Below, in pieces: positions 31,359 through 44,111 of a DNA stretch of 64,000 nucleotides. The notes beneath the pieces were generated by a model that was not told the DNA's origin, ran no database searches, and worked only from the letters and a program-made list of their open reading frames with translations. Numbering within the stretch: the stretch's first letter is position 1; each line of letters begins with the position of its first letter. The DNA lies in contig CAVOMX010000012.1 in NCBI GenBank assembly GCA_963697165.1, positions 128,001 to 192,000 of the forward strand, in the 5' to 3' direction. Position numbers and translations under genes: made by a program. This DNA is from Candidatus Bathyarchaeota archaeon. Its GTDB lineage: Archaea > Thermoproteota > Bathyarchaeia > Bathyarchaeales > Bathyarchaeaceae.

Positions 31359-34056
31359 ATGGAAAACTTAAGAAACAAGAAAACCAAATTTACTGCTATA
31401 TTCATTGTTGTTCTTTTAATGACTTCTATCTTTATGTTGTTGGCAACTACTCAAGCTCAAACGGAATATACTAATTTGCAAGAAGGAGGTTCGATACCAT
31501 TACCTTCAGGTGTTACTCCTGACTTGACACTTGAAACAATAGCATACCTCAGTTTTAGACCACAAACCGTCGGACTTGGTCAAGCCTTCTTGGTTAACAT
31601 ATGGCTGCAGCCCCCACTTCACATATCTCGATACCATACTCGATACGCAGTTACATTAACGAAACCCAGCGGAACAGAAATCGTTATTGCTCCAATCGAT
31701 TCCTATCGAGGGGACACATCGGCCTGGTTTGAATGGATTGCCGACGAGGTTGGCACTTGGACAATAGAGTTTGACTTCCCAGGAGGCTATTTCCCAGCAG
31801 GTAATTACACTACAATTGGCCGCTATGGGAGTGACGATGTTGTAACAAACTTTGAAGAAACAGTTTACTATGAACCCAGTTCTGTTGGACCGTTCGAACT
31901 TGAAGTTCAGGAAGAAATAGTGTATTCTTGGCCCGAATCTGACCTTCCAACGGATTACTGGACACGACCTGTTTCGCCAGAAAATAGAGAGTGGTGGCCG
32001 ATTCTAGGAGACTACCCATATAGTGGAATAGGTGGAGGAGCATATTGGCCTGCTGAAACTAACATATACAATAATCCAGACTACTCGTTTACTCCTTATG
32101 TTCAAGGACCAGAAACTGCACACATCGTTTGGAAACGATTTAGCGAAGCAGGAGGTCTCATAGGAGGCGATTTGGAACAAACCTCCTTTTACACTGGAGG
32201 CGGATTCGGTGCTGCCCCAAACCTTCCAGATTTAATCGTTCAAGGAAGAGTTTACCAAGAAATTACTAAACTGGTAGATGGAGAGATAATTGATGTTTGG
32301 CAATGCTACGATCTACGAACTGGAGAAGTTTACTGGGAACAAACAGGTGTAACTCAGATACCTAATCAAGTTGCCCATATTGGAGGAACACACATTGCTG
32401 TACCAGGTGCTGGAGCTCATATGCGAGGAATGGGTGTACAACTAGTGTATATTGGTGGTGGGAGGATGGTAAAATACGATCCGTTCTCTGGAGACGTAAT
32501 TGCAGACATTTCGATTGCACCCTTATCTTCTTCTACTTTATACGGTGGCGAATATGCTTTGGGTGTACAAAATCTTGGTGGTGGAAATCGTCGTTTATTA
32601 AACTGGAGCATTATAGAAACCGAACGCAACGTTGTTAAGGGCTTTGAGGAAAGAATAGTGAGCAATATAACGTGGCCATTGAGCAATTTGGGCACTGTTC
32701 AAGATTTCGAATCTGGAATAGCTGTTACAGTTTCAACGATTAGTCACGAAGCTACAGGTGTGGCAATAAATCAAGGACTAAGTGGTATCAGCCTGACAAC
32801 AGGAGAAGTCTTATGGGACATTACTACCGATACGGGTTTCGGTATTTTCAGTACAAGCACAGCTGTTGCTGACCAAGGAAAATTTGCAGTGCGTTTCAAT
32901 GATGGGCACTGGCATTGTTGGGATCTATACACTGGAGCTAAACTATGGCAGAGCGAAGTGTCAAGCCAGCCTTGGGGAACCTTCGGTGCTTACAATGTAG
33001 CATCGGCTTATGGCAACATATACAGCATGGCATACGATGGTGTTTCTGCTATTGACTGGGACACTGGAAACATAGTATGGACATACAACGCCCCAACCCC
33101 TTACGACTATGAAACTCCATATGAAGGCAACTATCCATTCTTCAGTTTTGCAATGGTTGCTGATGGAAAGGTATACACTTACAATAATGAACATACGATC
33201 AGTCAGCCAATCGCTAGAGGATATAGACTCCACTGCATCGATGCATTTACTGGAGATGGCATATGGAACATAACCGGATATATGCAACCAGGCGCTATCG
33301 CGGACGGCTACATCATAGCCGACAACATGTATGATGGATACTTGTATACTTTCGGTAAGGGTATGAGCTCCACTACAGTCACAGCCCCTGATGTAGCAGT
33401 TCCAAAAGGAACTCCCGTATTGATAAAGGGAACCGTATTGGACCAGTCACCTGCTCAACCTGGCACTCCTTGTGTTTCCGCAGATTCTATGACCATTTAC
33501 ATGGAATATTTACATATGCAGAAACCGATTCCAACCGACTTTACAGTAACTGGAGTTCCAATAATGCTGCTAGCTTTTGATTCGGACGGTAATGCAATCG
33601 AAATAGGCGAAACTACAAGCGATATAAGCGGCAAATTTGCTCATGCATGGACGCCTCCTGATGAGGGCGTGTATAAAATTACAGCATCGTTCCTTGGAGA
33701 CACTTCTGTACGGTAGTTCATGGGATGAAACCGCTGTTTTAGTGGGTCCAGCATCTTCACCTGCGGGTCCAATAGAGCCTGAACCAACACCTACACCTGA
33801 ACCTAAACCTGAACCTAAACCTGAACCTAAACCTGAACCTACACCTGAACCTACACCTGAACCTAAACCTGAACCTACACCTGAACCTACACCTGAACCT
33901 ACACCTGAACCTACACCTGAACCTACACCTGAACCTACACCTGAACCTACACCTGAAACGCCTTTGATCACCGCCGAAGTAGCAATCATTGCAGCTGTCG
34001 CAATCGCCAGCATCATCGGCGTAGTTAGTTTCTGGGCACTCAGAAAACGAAAATAA
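31359..34056 (+). CDS. Secreted PQQ-like beta-propeller surface protein with Pro-rich linker and C-terminal TM anchor (frameshift near 33708)
   Basis: Signal peptide; repeats [34 protein letters not shown]-terminal [24 protein letters not shown]. Confidence 0.9.
33778..33957 (+). repeat. 12-bp tandem repeat CCTGAACCTA(C/A)A encoding PEPT/PEPK linker
   Basis: About 14 near-perfect units. Confidence 0.95.
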
Positions 34057-34461
34057 ACCACAATTTTCCCTCCCCTTTTTTTGTGGGGGAGTAAAACATT
34101 TTTCAGGAATGAACGAACTGAAAAGACTCAAACATAGGGAAGAATGAAACACTATTTCCCCCTGAATAGTCTAAAATATTCCATCGCTAATCAACAAACA
34201 CTGGTTTTAGAGTTTCAGCAATGCCTTCTTTCAATACCATTACAATGCAAGAATAGAGTGTACTGTTTGTGGCAGGATGGGGCATCTGCAAGTGCGCGGA
34301 AAATTCGCTAGGATGGGGCATTATGTTGGTTATGGCGGTAAGACAAGTATAGTAAAGTGGCATAGAGTTGATGCAACAATCTGAAATTGGTAAACAATGG
34401 TAATCAAAACACGGTAAACAATAAGCAAGATTTATGTTCTAATGATGTTTTAGTGTCTTTT

Positions 34462-34773
34462 GGCGGGTCTAGGCGGGGGGCTAGGGGTCCCCTGAACCGT
34501 AAACCCTCTACACGACGGGCTGAATGCTTTGGCGAGGCGTCAAAGATCGTCAGACATCCTCAGTCCTCTAACCGTGACTATCCGTCCCTTTAGGCTGGCG
34601 GTCATGGAGCAGCTTTCGTAGGGAGGCTGTTAACCGCGTCTACCAGGCGAACCTGGCCAGGCCCGGGAGGGAGCAACCTAAGCTTGGACGTTCAGCGCTT
34701 AGGGGACCGCGGATAAGAGTTCAGAGGTTGAGGAAACTGGTGAAAACTGGGCGACGAACCAAGGCGACCCGCC
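34462..34773 (+). ncRNA. ffs: Archaeal signal recognition particle (7S) RNA
   Basis: GC-rich 312 nt; terminal helix GGCGGGTC/GACCCGCC; Alu-like 5' domain; helix 8 CCAGGCCC-GGGA-GGGAGCAACC. Confidence 0.93.
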
Positions 34774-35213
34774 ACTTCTATTAGGAGACTAAGGTTAAGC
34801 TATAGATGTTAAACTTAATAATAGATTGTGAGATTCAAGTTTTTTAGGGAAATTATTGAAAAGTCCTTATGTAGTAATGAAGAATTAGGGTTAGTTAACT
34901 ATTATAATATTATTTCAACTCAGGCATAGTCCATAGTCTATCTGGATTGCCATCCGATGGGTGAAATCTCCCACAATGCGAAATCTTACTTCTGATTTTT
35001 TACTTTCTCCAATTAATAAGACGTTAAAATCGGTTATAAAATCCTATGGAATACAATTCTAGAAATAACGAACATTGAATTTTAAGCTTTCTAACTACTT
35101 AAAGCCTGTTAAAATGTTAAATTTTAACCCCAAACCCAAAGAATGAAGAAGTCAAGTTTGTTAACCAACTAAAGACTCATTCTAGTCAAGGTTTCTCGAC
35201 AAAAACCCTTTTT

Positions 35214-35417
35214 TCATTCTTCCTGAAGTTTCAAGGCCAGATTTCCATCTTCCAAGATGAATGCTCCACGGTAACCACATTTTCTGCACTGCAATAACGA
35301 CCAGAGCTGCGGCATACCCTGCGCCCAAGAGACATCTGTTAATCCACACTTTGGACAATACTTATTTGCTCGCTTCTTTTTTGCCTCAATTTTGTTTGTC
35401 GTTTCATCATTTGGCAT
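35214..35417 (-). CDS. Small zinc-ribbon protein
   Basis: CPKCG...CRKCGY. Confidence 0.7.
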   Translation of the reverse strand: MPNDETTNKIEAKKKRANKYCPKCGLTDVSWAQGMPQLWSLLQCRKCGYRGAFILEDGNLALKLQEE

Positions 35418-35420
35418 ACG

Positions 35421-35783
35421 TCAACGCCGATCTTTGCCTAGTAATCTTTTATGAAAATTGTTTATCTCCGAACCAGACTGTTTCAAAAGATTTTTTATCG
35501 AACTATATTTGCGTAAAATTTCCCCTACTTTGCTTTTGTTCTTGTGTTTATTGTATGTCTCAAGAATCTGTAATGCTTCGCACATTTCAGAACAAACATT
35601 GTCTATTTCAAGGCAATCCTCTACTATAGCTAAAGTCGAATTAATTTTATCTTGAATCATAAAAATGAAATCATTATCAGAAAATTCTCTAAACTTCTCA
35701 AAATCATCCTGAAGCATATCCAAATTAGAATTACCAATAAAAAACGAGGATAAACTAGTAAAAATCTTAGACATAAAACCCAT
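35421..35783 (-). CDS. Hypothetical protein
   Basis: 120-aa AT-rich ORF adjacent to the zinc-ribbon gene. Confidence 0.5.
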   Translation of the reverse strand: MGFMSKIFTSLSSFFIGNSNLDMLQDDFEKFREFSDNDFIFMIQDKINSTLAIVEDCLEIDNVCSEMCEALQILETYNKHKNKSKVGEILRKYSSIKNLLKQSGSEINNFHKRLLGKDRR

Positions 35784-35835
35784 AATTAATCGAGTTTTCG
35801 AAGAAAAAAAGGTTGTTAATTCTCAATAATAATTT

Positions 35836-36044
35836 CAGTTACTGTTTAGTCAGTTTAGCTGCTCCCTTCAAAACCTGAACCAGTTGACGCACATCGCTTT
35901 GCAGATCCTCAAATTGACTTGACAAGCCTAGAATCTGCTCTTCTAGTTTTTTCACTCGTTCAGGCCTCAAAAGATACTCGACAGCTATATCTTTCTGATT
36001 AGGTTGTCGATTTCTCCTTCTAGTTCGCCTGGGCTGTGATCCAT
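35836..36044 (-). pseudogene. Fragment resembling the C-terminus of the 39421-40293 protein
   Basis: MDHSPGELE...YLLRPERVKKLEEQI versus IDNSPPERVP...LLMPLKLTRLEQRV. Confidence 0.4.
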
Positions 36045-36905
36045 TTTACGTTTTGGAGTATAGATCGTAAAGTATCTGCTTAGTAGTTTGCTTACGGAAT
36101 CGTTAACTGATTATTGCATCGTTTATCTTTTGCTTTTTAGTTGTTCAAGTTTCTTTATACAGTCTCTTGTGCTATTTCTCATGGCTTTCAAATTTGGTAT
36201 GGCAACCTCGCGAAGATATTTAACATCTTTATTGGTCAGCATTTGCTAATTCACAATATGAATAAAGATTAATAATAAGGAAAAGATTTATGAATTCAAA
36301 ATCTTAACCAAAAATTCATTCGACTACATTCAATCTTTTTTTATTTTTTGCGGCAGTTTATCAGACAATTCGTTCACCTTATCAACCAGAAATTCAAGTT
36401 GCACTATTATACGTTCAAACTCGATTTCGTGTTGCCTGAGAACAGCAAGAACAAACTCAACAGAAGCTTCCCCTTCATCGACTTTCATTTTATCCAAAAA
36501 AATACAACCCCCATCTCTTCAAAGGAATTTTTAGCACCATCAAAATAACACTTAATAGAAAATAAGCATTGTTGCACAATTTTATTTAGTAATTAGTCAA
36601 ATCTTTTTGCAACACTGAGCAAATAATCATAGCATCAAAAATTTTAATGTTGAAATAAAAATATTTTATCCATATAAAAAAATTGAATCCATGTCTTGAG
36701 ATTAATTATTTTAGTTGAATGACCTCTCGATTAAAATAGATAAAGAGTATACTAATTCTGGAGGTTTTGTGTTAAAAGAAGTAATAAAAATATGGGAAAT
36801 AGTGAATCGGTGTTTTCACGGTTTTGGATTATTTTGTATATTGGTATTCTATTAATACGTTGTATAGTGTGTATTCAATTGGGGTGGCACTTGCTGACAG
36901 ATCGA

Positions 36906-37181
36906 CTAGAACTTAATATTAGTTTTGGCTGTTATCAACAATAGCATAGTCAGTGTAATTACTGGGGCAGAATCGAAACTTAATCCTGAGTAACCTTCTG
37001 AACTAATTAGACAGATGTGATGTGCTCCTCCACCAAGTTGGTTGCGCATTAAGACCAGATCGTTTCTATTCGGACCTGAATCATACCATTTCCACATTTC
37101 CTCAATGATTTCTGTGGAATATCCTCTTTTATTAAGCATCTGATCAAAATTTTTTGGAAGTTTCATTATGCCATAGTGCAT
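36906..37181 (-). CDS. Hypothetical protein
   Basis: ORF track only; N-terminal half looks coding. Confidence 0.35.
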   Translation of the reverse strand: MHYGIMKLPKNFDQMLNKRGYSTEIIEEMWKWYDSGPNRNDLVLMRNQLGGGAHHICLISSEGYSGLSFDSAPVITLTMLLLITAKTNIKF

Positions 37182-37405
37182 ATTTGTGCCTTAAGAAAAT
37201 TACTAATTAAGGATCAACATTTGTATTTGCGTTTAACATGAATACACTATTGAAAAAGATGGATTTCTTGAGAAATATAGAATTTAATTCTAGAATTCAT
37301 AATGAAATTCTGTCACAAAATTCATCTCATCTCTTTTCGCCCTAGTGATAAAACAGATAGAAATGAGCTGTCTTTTTTTATATTTTGCCTTTTGGCGAGT
37401 TTTGT

Positions 37406-39005
37406 TTACCTGAGTAAAGGCACGAAAGTGGCGTCTCGCGTGAATAAGAATAGGTTGGCTGTTGGTAGGTTGTCTAAATATAGGTTAAAGTTCTTGTGAC
37501 GAATGTAGTGGTTTGGATAATTTACTGACTCAAATGATAAACACGTTTTGTCAGCTAGACCTGGTTTAGGTTTGAAGGTTGCATCTTTTTTAAAGAGATC
37601 AGTATTTTGGTAAGGATCAAGTTTTAAAGCAAAGTTGCTATGCCTAAGAAAATGTCCAGGTTTTTCCACTGATTCAAGGGAGATATAATTACCGCTCTGC
37701 TAAGCCAAAGGTCATCCGAAACAGGGCTGCAATTTTTTCCTGATTAGTTTTTATTTCTGCGATTTTGCCAGTGGAGTTTTGGGCAGTTATGTAGTGTGCA
37801 GGAAAATTTAGTGCCCTTAAGATTACTCTTCCGAGATGCTTCCTGTTTCCTTTCAAGGTAACTAGAAGTCTTGCTGCTGTATCCTGTAAGGCTTTTTCGT
37901 AGATTAGCAGAGCCATAGCGGTAGCTATTCTGGCCATTCTTTTTCCACAATCAAGATCAGTTTTATACCCATCCCTAAATTGATTATAAGTGTGGTCGTA
38001 TTCTCTGTAGGCATTAAGGGCAACCCAAGTAACTAGTTCGTCTATTTTCCAGTTTAGGGAAGGTGCCTGTTTCCAGTCATCTGGTTTGAGTGGATTTGGG
38101 GCTTGAATCTTATTTTGGCTCCAATGAGCATATAGTGTTTTCACATCTTTTTCAAATTCTGCTTGTCTCAACCAAGTGTCAAGATTGTTGTTGAAGTCAT
38201 TTTCCCATCGGTTATGCCAATTACCATTGCAGCCTGCAGCATGGTGAGGTACAATTGCATCTTGGATAGCATGCAACACTGGACCGAAAAGGGCTGGAAC
38301 ATTCATTTTTCCAGGGTTGGCATAGAGAAATATGGTGTACCAGTATCGAGCGAGGTTATCTAATGGCATGAATACGCTGTAGGGAATGCCTTTGCCTGAT
38401 TTTCCAATACTGTCGGCTAATGGGAATCTGGCAGCAGCTTCGGATTCGACTGTGGAGAAAATTTTTTTGTCATTTGGAAAGCTGTAGCGTTCGATTGATG
38501 GAGAACACCCGCGGTACCACTGCATTCCAGGAGCGTGGACGTATTCATCATTAAACCAGTATGCTATACCGTCATCTACTTTTCTATGTCCAGTTATTTT
38601 GCCCAGAAACTCTACTTTCCAGTCGTCTTTGGCATCCCAAGCGTCTTGGTATTCGTTTTTTGAAGCTGATCCTTTTTTGTAGCTGTATCCATCGTAGTCG
38701 TCAAAAAGCCCTGGACCTTTTCTGATGTCGATGTAGTGATTGAAGGCGGCGAAAATGAAGCCTTGGGTCTCATAACGTGCGACATCATCGTTGTCAGCGA
38801 TGGTTTTGACGTGTGGATCGTCTCTGCCTCCTGAAAGCCATACACTTTCTACATTAACGAACTCCAGATCCTTGTAGTTGTCTGGCTCTGGCGCAGCTTT
38901 TACGATATCTGTTTTTGCCTGATAGAAAATGCTAACTTGATTTATTTTCTTGAGAAGTTTTAGTGAATATGAAGTTAATTTTCTGTGGCTATCAGCTAAA
39001 ACCAA
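37406..39005 (-). CDS. Zn-dependent phospholipase C/P1-nuclease-fold domain fused to AbfB (CBM42) domain (frameshift near 37690)
   Basis: HAIQDAIVPHH and WHNRWE metal motifs; C-terminal SLESVEKPGHFLRH, DATF, SFESVNYPNHYIRH. Confidence 0.75.
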
Positions 39006-39420
39006 AAATTTACCCCCAATTGTTTATCTGTTTGTTATGTAATTAAGACTTGTCCTCTATATCGACAAATGAGCTGTAAGCGCGCATTTACGACCTTCTC
39101 CACCCCTAATAGAAAAACTTGAAAAAGCTGTTCATTTAGGTTTTTATTTGGTACTAAAATCAACATTAATAGAAAAGTTGTAACTTTAGTTCAGTTGAAT
39201 AATTATTCACCATTCTTGTATTAGCTGAATTCTCAATGTAATAAAGGGGGAGTTGCGGAAGAAAAGTGGTGATGTCTCCATTTTTGCTGGGAACAGTTAG
39301 TATATATTTTATTTGCGGTTTTATTATTAATAACTACCAAATAAATCAACCTTGATTGACGGTGCAAAGATTCATTATGATATGTAATTCTGATCTTCAA
39401 CTAGCTGTTGAGGCATCTCC

Positions 39421-40293
39421 CTAGTATTGATTAGGAATTAAAGCACTCTTTAGTATAGAAACAAGTTCGCTTATGTTGTCACTCAGACTGGTTAGTTTGT
39501 TTTCTATGTCTTCTACTCTTTGTTCGAGCCTGGTTAGTTTTAGGGGCATTAGTAGTCTTGCTTTGGCTAGGTCTTTGCCCACGTATTCTTCATGGGGAAC
39601 ACGTTCAGGAGGACTATTATCGATAGATCCTACATCTTCGACAATTGTGGTTCCTAAGCTTAACTAGCTCTCCAGCTTCTTCACTATAAAATCGGGTAAT
39701 AGGCTGATGCAAAGAATATCCAACATCACTTAGCACTAACCCAAACCTGTTCTCCAAAACCATACGGACACGCTCAACTATTCTGTCCAGAAAGCATAAG
39801 CAGCTCATCAACATCAAAACCCCGCAAGACGTCCAGGATGAACAATAATACTCTTACTAGTCCGGACAACTCTTACATTACCAATTTTGACCCCAAGCTT
39901 CTCCCAATTACGTGGACGCCCCAACTTCTTCCAATCCAACCGTTCAGCATTGCCCCACTCAATAACATCAAACTTGACAGCTTGATCTTCCAAACAGCAA
40001 ACTTCAGGACCAACACCGCTCTCACTCGTAGTGAGAATATTCGAACCGTAAGGCGTCAAAGCATACTCCTTAAACACATCAGTCTTAACCAGCCGCAATG
40101 CCCCAACATTAAGAAACTTGTTTTTCCAATAATTCACAGTGCTTTTACTACAAGGAACAGCTATTGCAACATCACGAGCAATGTTTCCAGCACCAAGCAA
40201 CCCCAAAATCTTTTTTCGCCTTCTCAGGCAAACCCAACGCATAATCCGTAAGAGTTAGAAAACTGTCTCGAACTCTTCGAACTGGTCGAACAT
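39421..40293 (-). CDS. HTH-containing protein typical of an integrated element (several frameshifts)
   Basis: RBS and ATG at 40293; HTH ARDVAIAVPCSKSTVNYWKNK; fragments 39814-40242 and 39617-39817 join to a coiled-coil end. Confidence 0.6.
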
Positions 40294-40338
40294 GCCCCCG
40301 CCCTTTCTTACCAGCCAGCAGAAGATCCTCCAGAAAAT

Positions 40339-40459
40339 TAACTCAACGCTTCCTCAGAACACAAAGGACATTCAACGAGCCTAGCAACTATCAGATTACC
40401 GACACCCACAAAAGCCATTTGCTACCGCAGCCTTCACAAGATATCTTCTGCTCAATCAT
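40339..40459 (-). CDS. Tiny zinc-ribbon protein (one indel)
   Basis: MIEQKISCEGCG...VECPLCSEE. Confidence 0.4.
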
Positions 40460-40545
40460 AATTTAGTGCTCCAAAAATTCCATTTAATAAAAAGAAAAAA
40501 GGGGAAGGTGACAAGGTACAGAATATTACGTATTCGTTTCTAAAG

Positions 40546-40637
40546 TGGTGCGGCCGCCGGGATTTGAACCCGGCTCGTCAGCGTTCCGCCCTTGTAGGTT
40601 GGCAGGCTGATGTCCTTCCAAGCTAGACTACGACCGC
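40546..40637 (-). tRNA. tRNA-Gly(GCC) with 16-nt intron at canonical 37/38 (40584-40599)
   Basis: Acceptor GCGGTCG/CGGCCGC-ACCA, TTCAAAT loop, BHB CTGC/GCGG with bulges CA^A and AA^C. Confidence 0.95.
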
Positions 40638-40783
40638 TCAAGAATGTTTCAAATGCACTTACGGCATTTATTTCTTTTCATAGTGATGAAGATTTCCATC
40701 CCTTTCTTTAGCCCATTTGGTCAGATAAACATTATAGGATACAACTGTACCTGAAAACTGTTGTCCAAAAAGAGCTGAAAGTC

Positions 40784-41524
40784 ATGTCTGTGGATTGTGT
40801 ACTATGGGAGAAACTGGTTTTTGTTATGGGCGGAGGCAAATTTGGCACAAACGCTCTTAGGCATCTGAAGGCTATGGGTGCTAAGGTTTTGGTGGTCGAC
40901 GTGAACCCTGATTGCATGGCAAGTTCAGAAATTGATGTTCAGGCTGATGGATTAGATGTTTGTGACTTTTTGGCTGATGGACAAGCCGCTTTTCTTATGG
41001 CCGATGCCGTGCAACTCTTGGCAGATATGCTGGAAAGCAGGGTGCCAGACTTGGTTGTTACGGCCATGCCCGGCAATGCAGTTGCAAAAGTTGTTGAGGT
41101 CTATCTTGCGAAGCGCGGCTTCAAGCTTGAACCCCACAGAAAGGCTGTTCCAGAAGTTTTAGAGAACATTCCAGAGAGTTTGGTTTCGGTTGTTGACGAG
41201 GATTCGGGGGTTATAGTGGTCAGTTACATGCCTTCGCATATGTGTTGTAGAGAAAACTGTGTGCCTCCAAAGAATGTTTGTGCCTTAACAGGCAGACCAA
41301 AACTTGCTTCAATGAACCGGCTCTTGGAGTTCGCTGTTTACAATCACACAGACGTTTCAGCTATTTTGATTTCTAGACAGTTGACTGGCGGGTTAGGGGC
41401 CATAGACGGAAAAGACCTGAATTCTCTATTGAAACGGTTAAATGGTCTTGAGATTCCTTACACGTTAGCGGTCGGAACAGCATGCGACTGCCACGGCATC
41501 CTCAAACTCACCAAAGTCACCTAA
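40784..41524 (+). CDS. Hypothetical protein with N-terminal Rossmann NAD-binding motif and Cys cluster
   Basis: VFVMGGGKFG...VVVD; CRENC, CALTG, TACDCHG. Confidence 0.7.
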   Translation: MSVDCVLWEKLVFVMGGGKFGTNALRHLKAMGAKVLVVDVNPDCMASSEIDVQADGLDVCDFLADGQAAFLMADAVQLLADMLESRVPDLVVTAMPGNAVAKVVEVYLAKRGFKLEPHRKAVPEVLENIPESLVSVVDEDSGVIVVSYMPSHMCCRENCVPPKNVCALTGRPKLASMNRLLEFAVYNHTDVSAILISRQLTGGLGAIDGKDLNSLLKRLNGLEIPYTLAVGTACDCHGILKLTKVT

Positions 41525-41630
41525 CTTTGGTTCCATCTTGGGGCGTATTTTTCACATCTTTTCACGGGTTTCCTAAAATAATATTTCACTAGATTCCTAT
41601 TGTACATCTTTGGGAGGGCATCACTAGGTA

Positions 41631-42604
41631 TTGAACACAAAAAAAGCGTCGATAACCATTCTTCTAATTCTTGTTTTGTCAACGACCTTTACGTTTCTAA
41701 ACCCAACTTCGGTTCTGACAACTGACACACAGAAACAAAAGGCTCAAGCACTCATCAACATTCTCGATAACAGCAACATGAGCATAGTGCTGGCTTTCAG
41801 CAGGCTTTGACGCCCAAAACATTACGGCGGCAAATGCTCAAACGGAATACAATGAAGGGCTCAAGCACGCCAAAGAAGCTACTAGCCTCATGAACGAAGA
41901 AAACTTTAGTGAAGCCTGCATCGAAGCTGTTGAGGCAATGCAAAAATTCGAAGAGACCTTACGACTACTAGAGACTGCCTCGCTGGTGGAGCCAACAGAA
42001 GCAGAAGTAACCGCTGAAAAGGCAATCAGTTTGAAGGCGAACATAACCCGAGCCATGGATCACATAAAACGGTTGGAAAATCTGACCGTAAAAGCTGCGA
42101 ATGTGGGATTCAACACGTCGGCAATCGAGAAACGACTTGGAGAAGTTAAGCAATATCTGGAAACTGCTACACGAGAACTGTACATTCTAAACTTTGAGGC
42201 TGCAGCTGAAGAACTTTGCATAGCCAAAACGTTACTTGCTGAATTAAATGAGCCCTTTGTTAGGTTGACTAATCTTGTTACTGCGTCAAACACTGAGACG
42301 TATCTAAAAGACGCTGAAATCAGAGTCACTTCAGCCAAGAAAAACATAACCCTGTCTGCGACGTTAACGCCAGAAGCCAAAGAAGATGCAATCACTGCCC
42401 TGAATAATTCTGAAGTCAAGTCTAGCAAACGCCAGAGATTCTATAGAAGACAACAATGTTGACGTGGCAATTGGAGAACTTGAAGAAGCAAAAAAATGGG
42501 AAGAAGAATCCAATCGTGCCATAGCAGCGGTAGCTGCGACTCCAACTGCACTTGCACCAACAACCGAAAGCGTCACTAGAGCAGAAACAACTGCATCAAA
42601 GTAA
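41631..42604 (+). CDS. Secreted alpha-helical protein (frameshifts)
   Basis: N-terminal signal/TM segment followed by Ala/Glu-rich helical repeats. Confidence 0.6.
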
Positions 42605-42675
42605 CGGGTGCTAAAGCCCTGAATCAACAGTACACAAAAGTTTTAGGCATATCCTTCACACCTTTTCCAAGAGAC

Positions 42676-44034
42676 GTGAACAGCCCATTGACTAAAAAAA
42701 GGGCATCCGCCTATCTTGTATTCACTTTACTTGTTCTATTGGCACTAACTTCTCAACCATCATTTTGTGAAGAGGCAACCCCAGAAACCCTGCTGTTAAC
42801 GATTTACCCTGACGGTTTCGTGCTTATCGACTATACTCTTATTGTGGACAAGACATTTCCAACCCAGAACATCACCGTTTTTGGTCAAGTTCTAGAAGAC
42901 TTGATTATAGTAGATTTTAATGGTTTACCTCTTAGGCTACTCACAAAACGGTTCTACACTCAGCATTTACACTCTTGGAACAGAAGAAATCAGCATTACA
43001 TACATCACCCAAGACCTCACCTCAAAAGAGGGAAGATACTGGACTCTGACAATGGTTGCTCCAATAACTACGCGGATAATCTTACCTGTAGAAGCGGCAA
43101 TCATAAGCCTGAACAAAGTGCCAGAAATTATAGAAACCAACAACGATAAAGTAACGCTTCTCATGAACGCTGGCTTAATCGAAGTAACCTACGTGGTAGG
43201 CATCGTTGGAACCGAAGAGTACGCACAAATAGTGATTGACGAGGCTGAAACGACCATCTTGAAAATCAAGAATTTGGTAACCATCATAACTGAGGCTGAA
43301 ACAATGCTTCAGGATGCAGAAGGACGCTTTTGAGCCTCGGCAATTATGCAGAAGCTGAAACCATTGGAAATGAAGCAAAAAATTTGGCAATTCAGATTAA
43401 CCAGACAGCAACCCAAGCCCAATCCAAAATAGCTGAGGCACAAACTACAGATAGTCAACAGCCGAAAATGAGAAAAGAACAGTTGGGTTAACTGACGCAA
43501 AAGACCTGCTTAACCCAAGCCAACAGCACATATGACGTCGGAAACTATTCTGAAGCATTGAGTTTTGGCGACTCAGGCAATAGTTGAAGCAGAAGACTCC
43601 AGCCTTTTCGGTGTCTGAAGAGTCTGAGGAACTTTTCCAGTCTTAGAGTTTTTCGGAGCTATCATGATTTCGGTTATAGCTGTCTTCGGTTTCATTTTTT
43701 GTCAAATCAAGAAAAAAACCCAAAGAAACTGAGGCTAAACAGAAGAAGAGACAGAATAGACGCTGAGCGAATATTTCGAGAACACAAAGATTTGATGCCC
43801 GAAGAAAAGCAGGCAATCCAGTTTCTGGTAGACAACAATGGCGAGGCCTTTGAGGCAGAACTCTATGATGATGTTAAGCTTCCAAGAACAACCACCTGGA
43901 GACTTGTTAAACGGCTAAAAAGAATGGGCATCATAACTGTTACCAAGTTCAGAAGACAGAATCTGGTACGACTGAAAACCAAATACGAAATCAAAGAACA
44001 GCCATCGTTTGAAAACTGTCTGCCATTGTTTTGA
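42676..44034 (+). CDS. Membrane-anchored protein with C-terminal wHTH (many frameshifts)
   Basis: Signal peptide, LTIYPDG, helical region, TM segment, then GEAFEAEL..KLPRTTTWRLVKRLKRMG. Confidence 0.7.
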
Positions 44035-44111
44035 AATTGTATTTTCGGGCCTTTCCATGGATTTCCTAAAGTTACTCTGCCGCCAATTTCCGATTAACGA
44101 GGTTAAAAAAA

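Noticed and set aside
33778..33957. Possible CRISPR array
   Set aside because: No spacers; it is a coding 12-bp tandem repeat
33570..34152. Antisense ORFs with GSGV and RCRF repeats
   Set aside because: Shadows of the PEPT repeat on the opposite strand
34387..34593. 68-aa ORF
   Set aside because: Overlaps the SRP RNA and has no protein-like features
39254..39276. Similarity to the end of the TPM gene (about 50205-50222)
   Set aside because: Short gapped match that does not extend; likely chance
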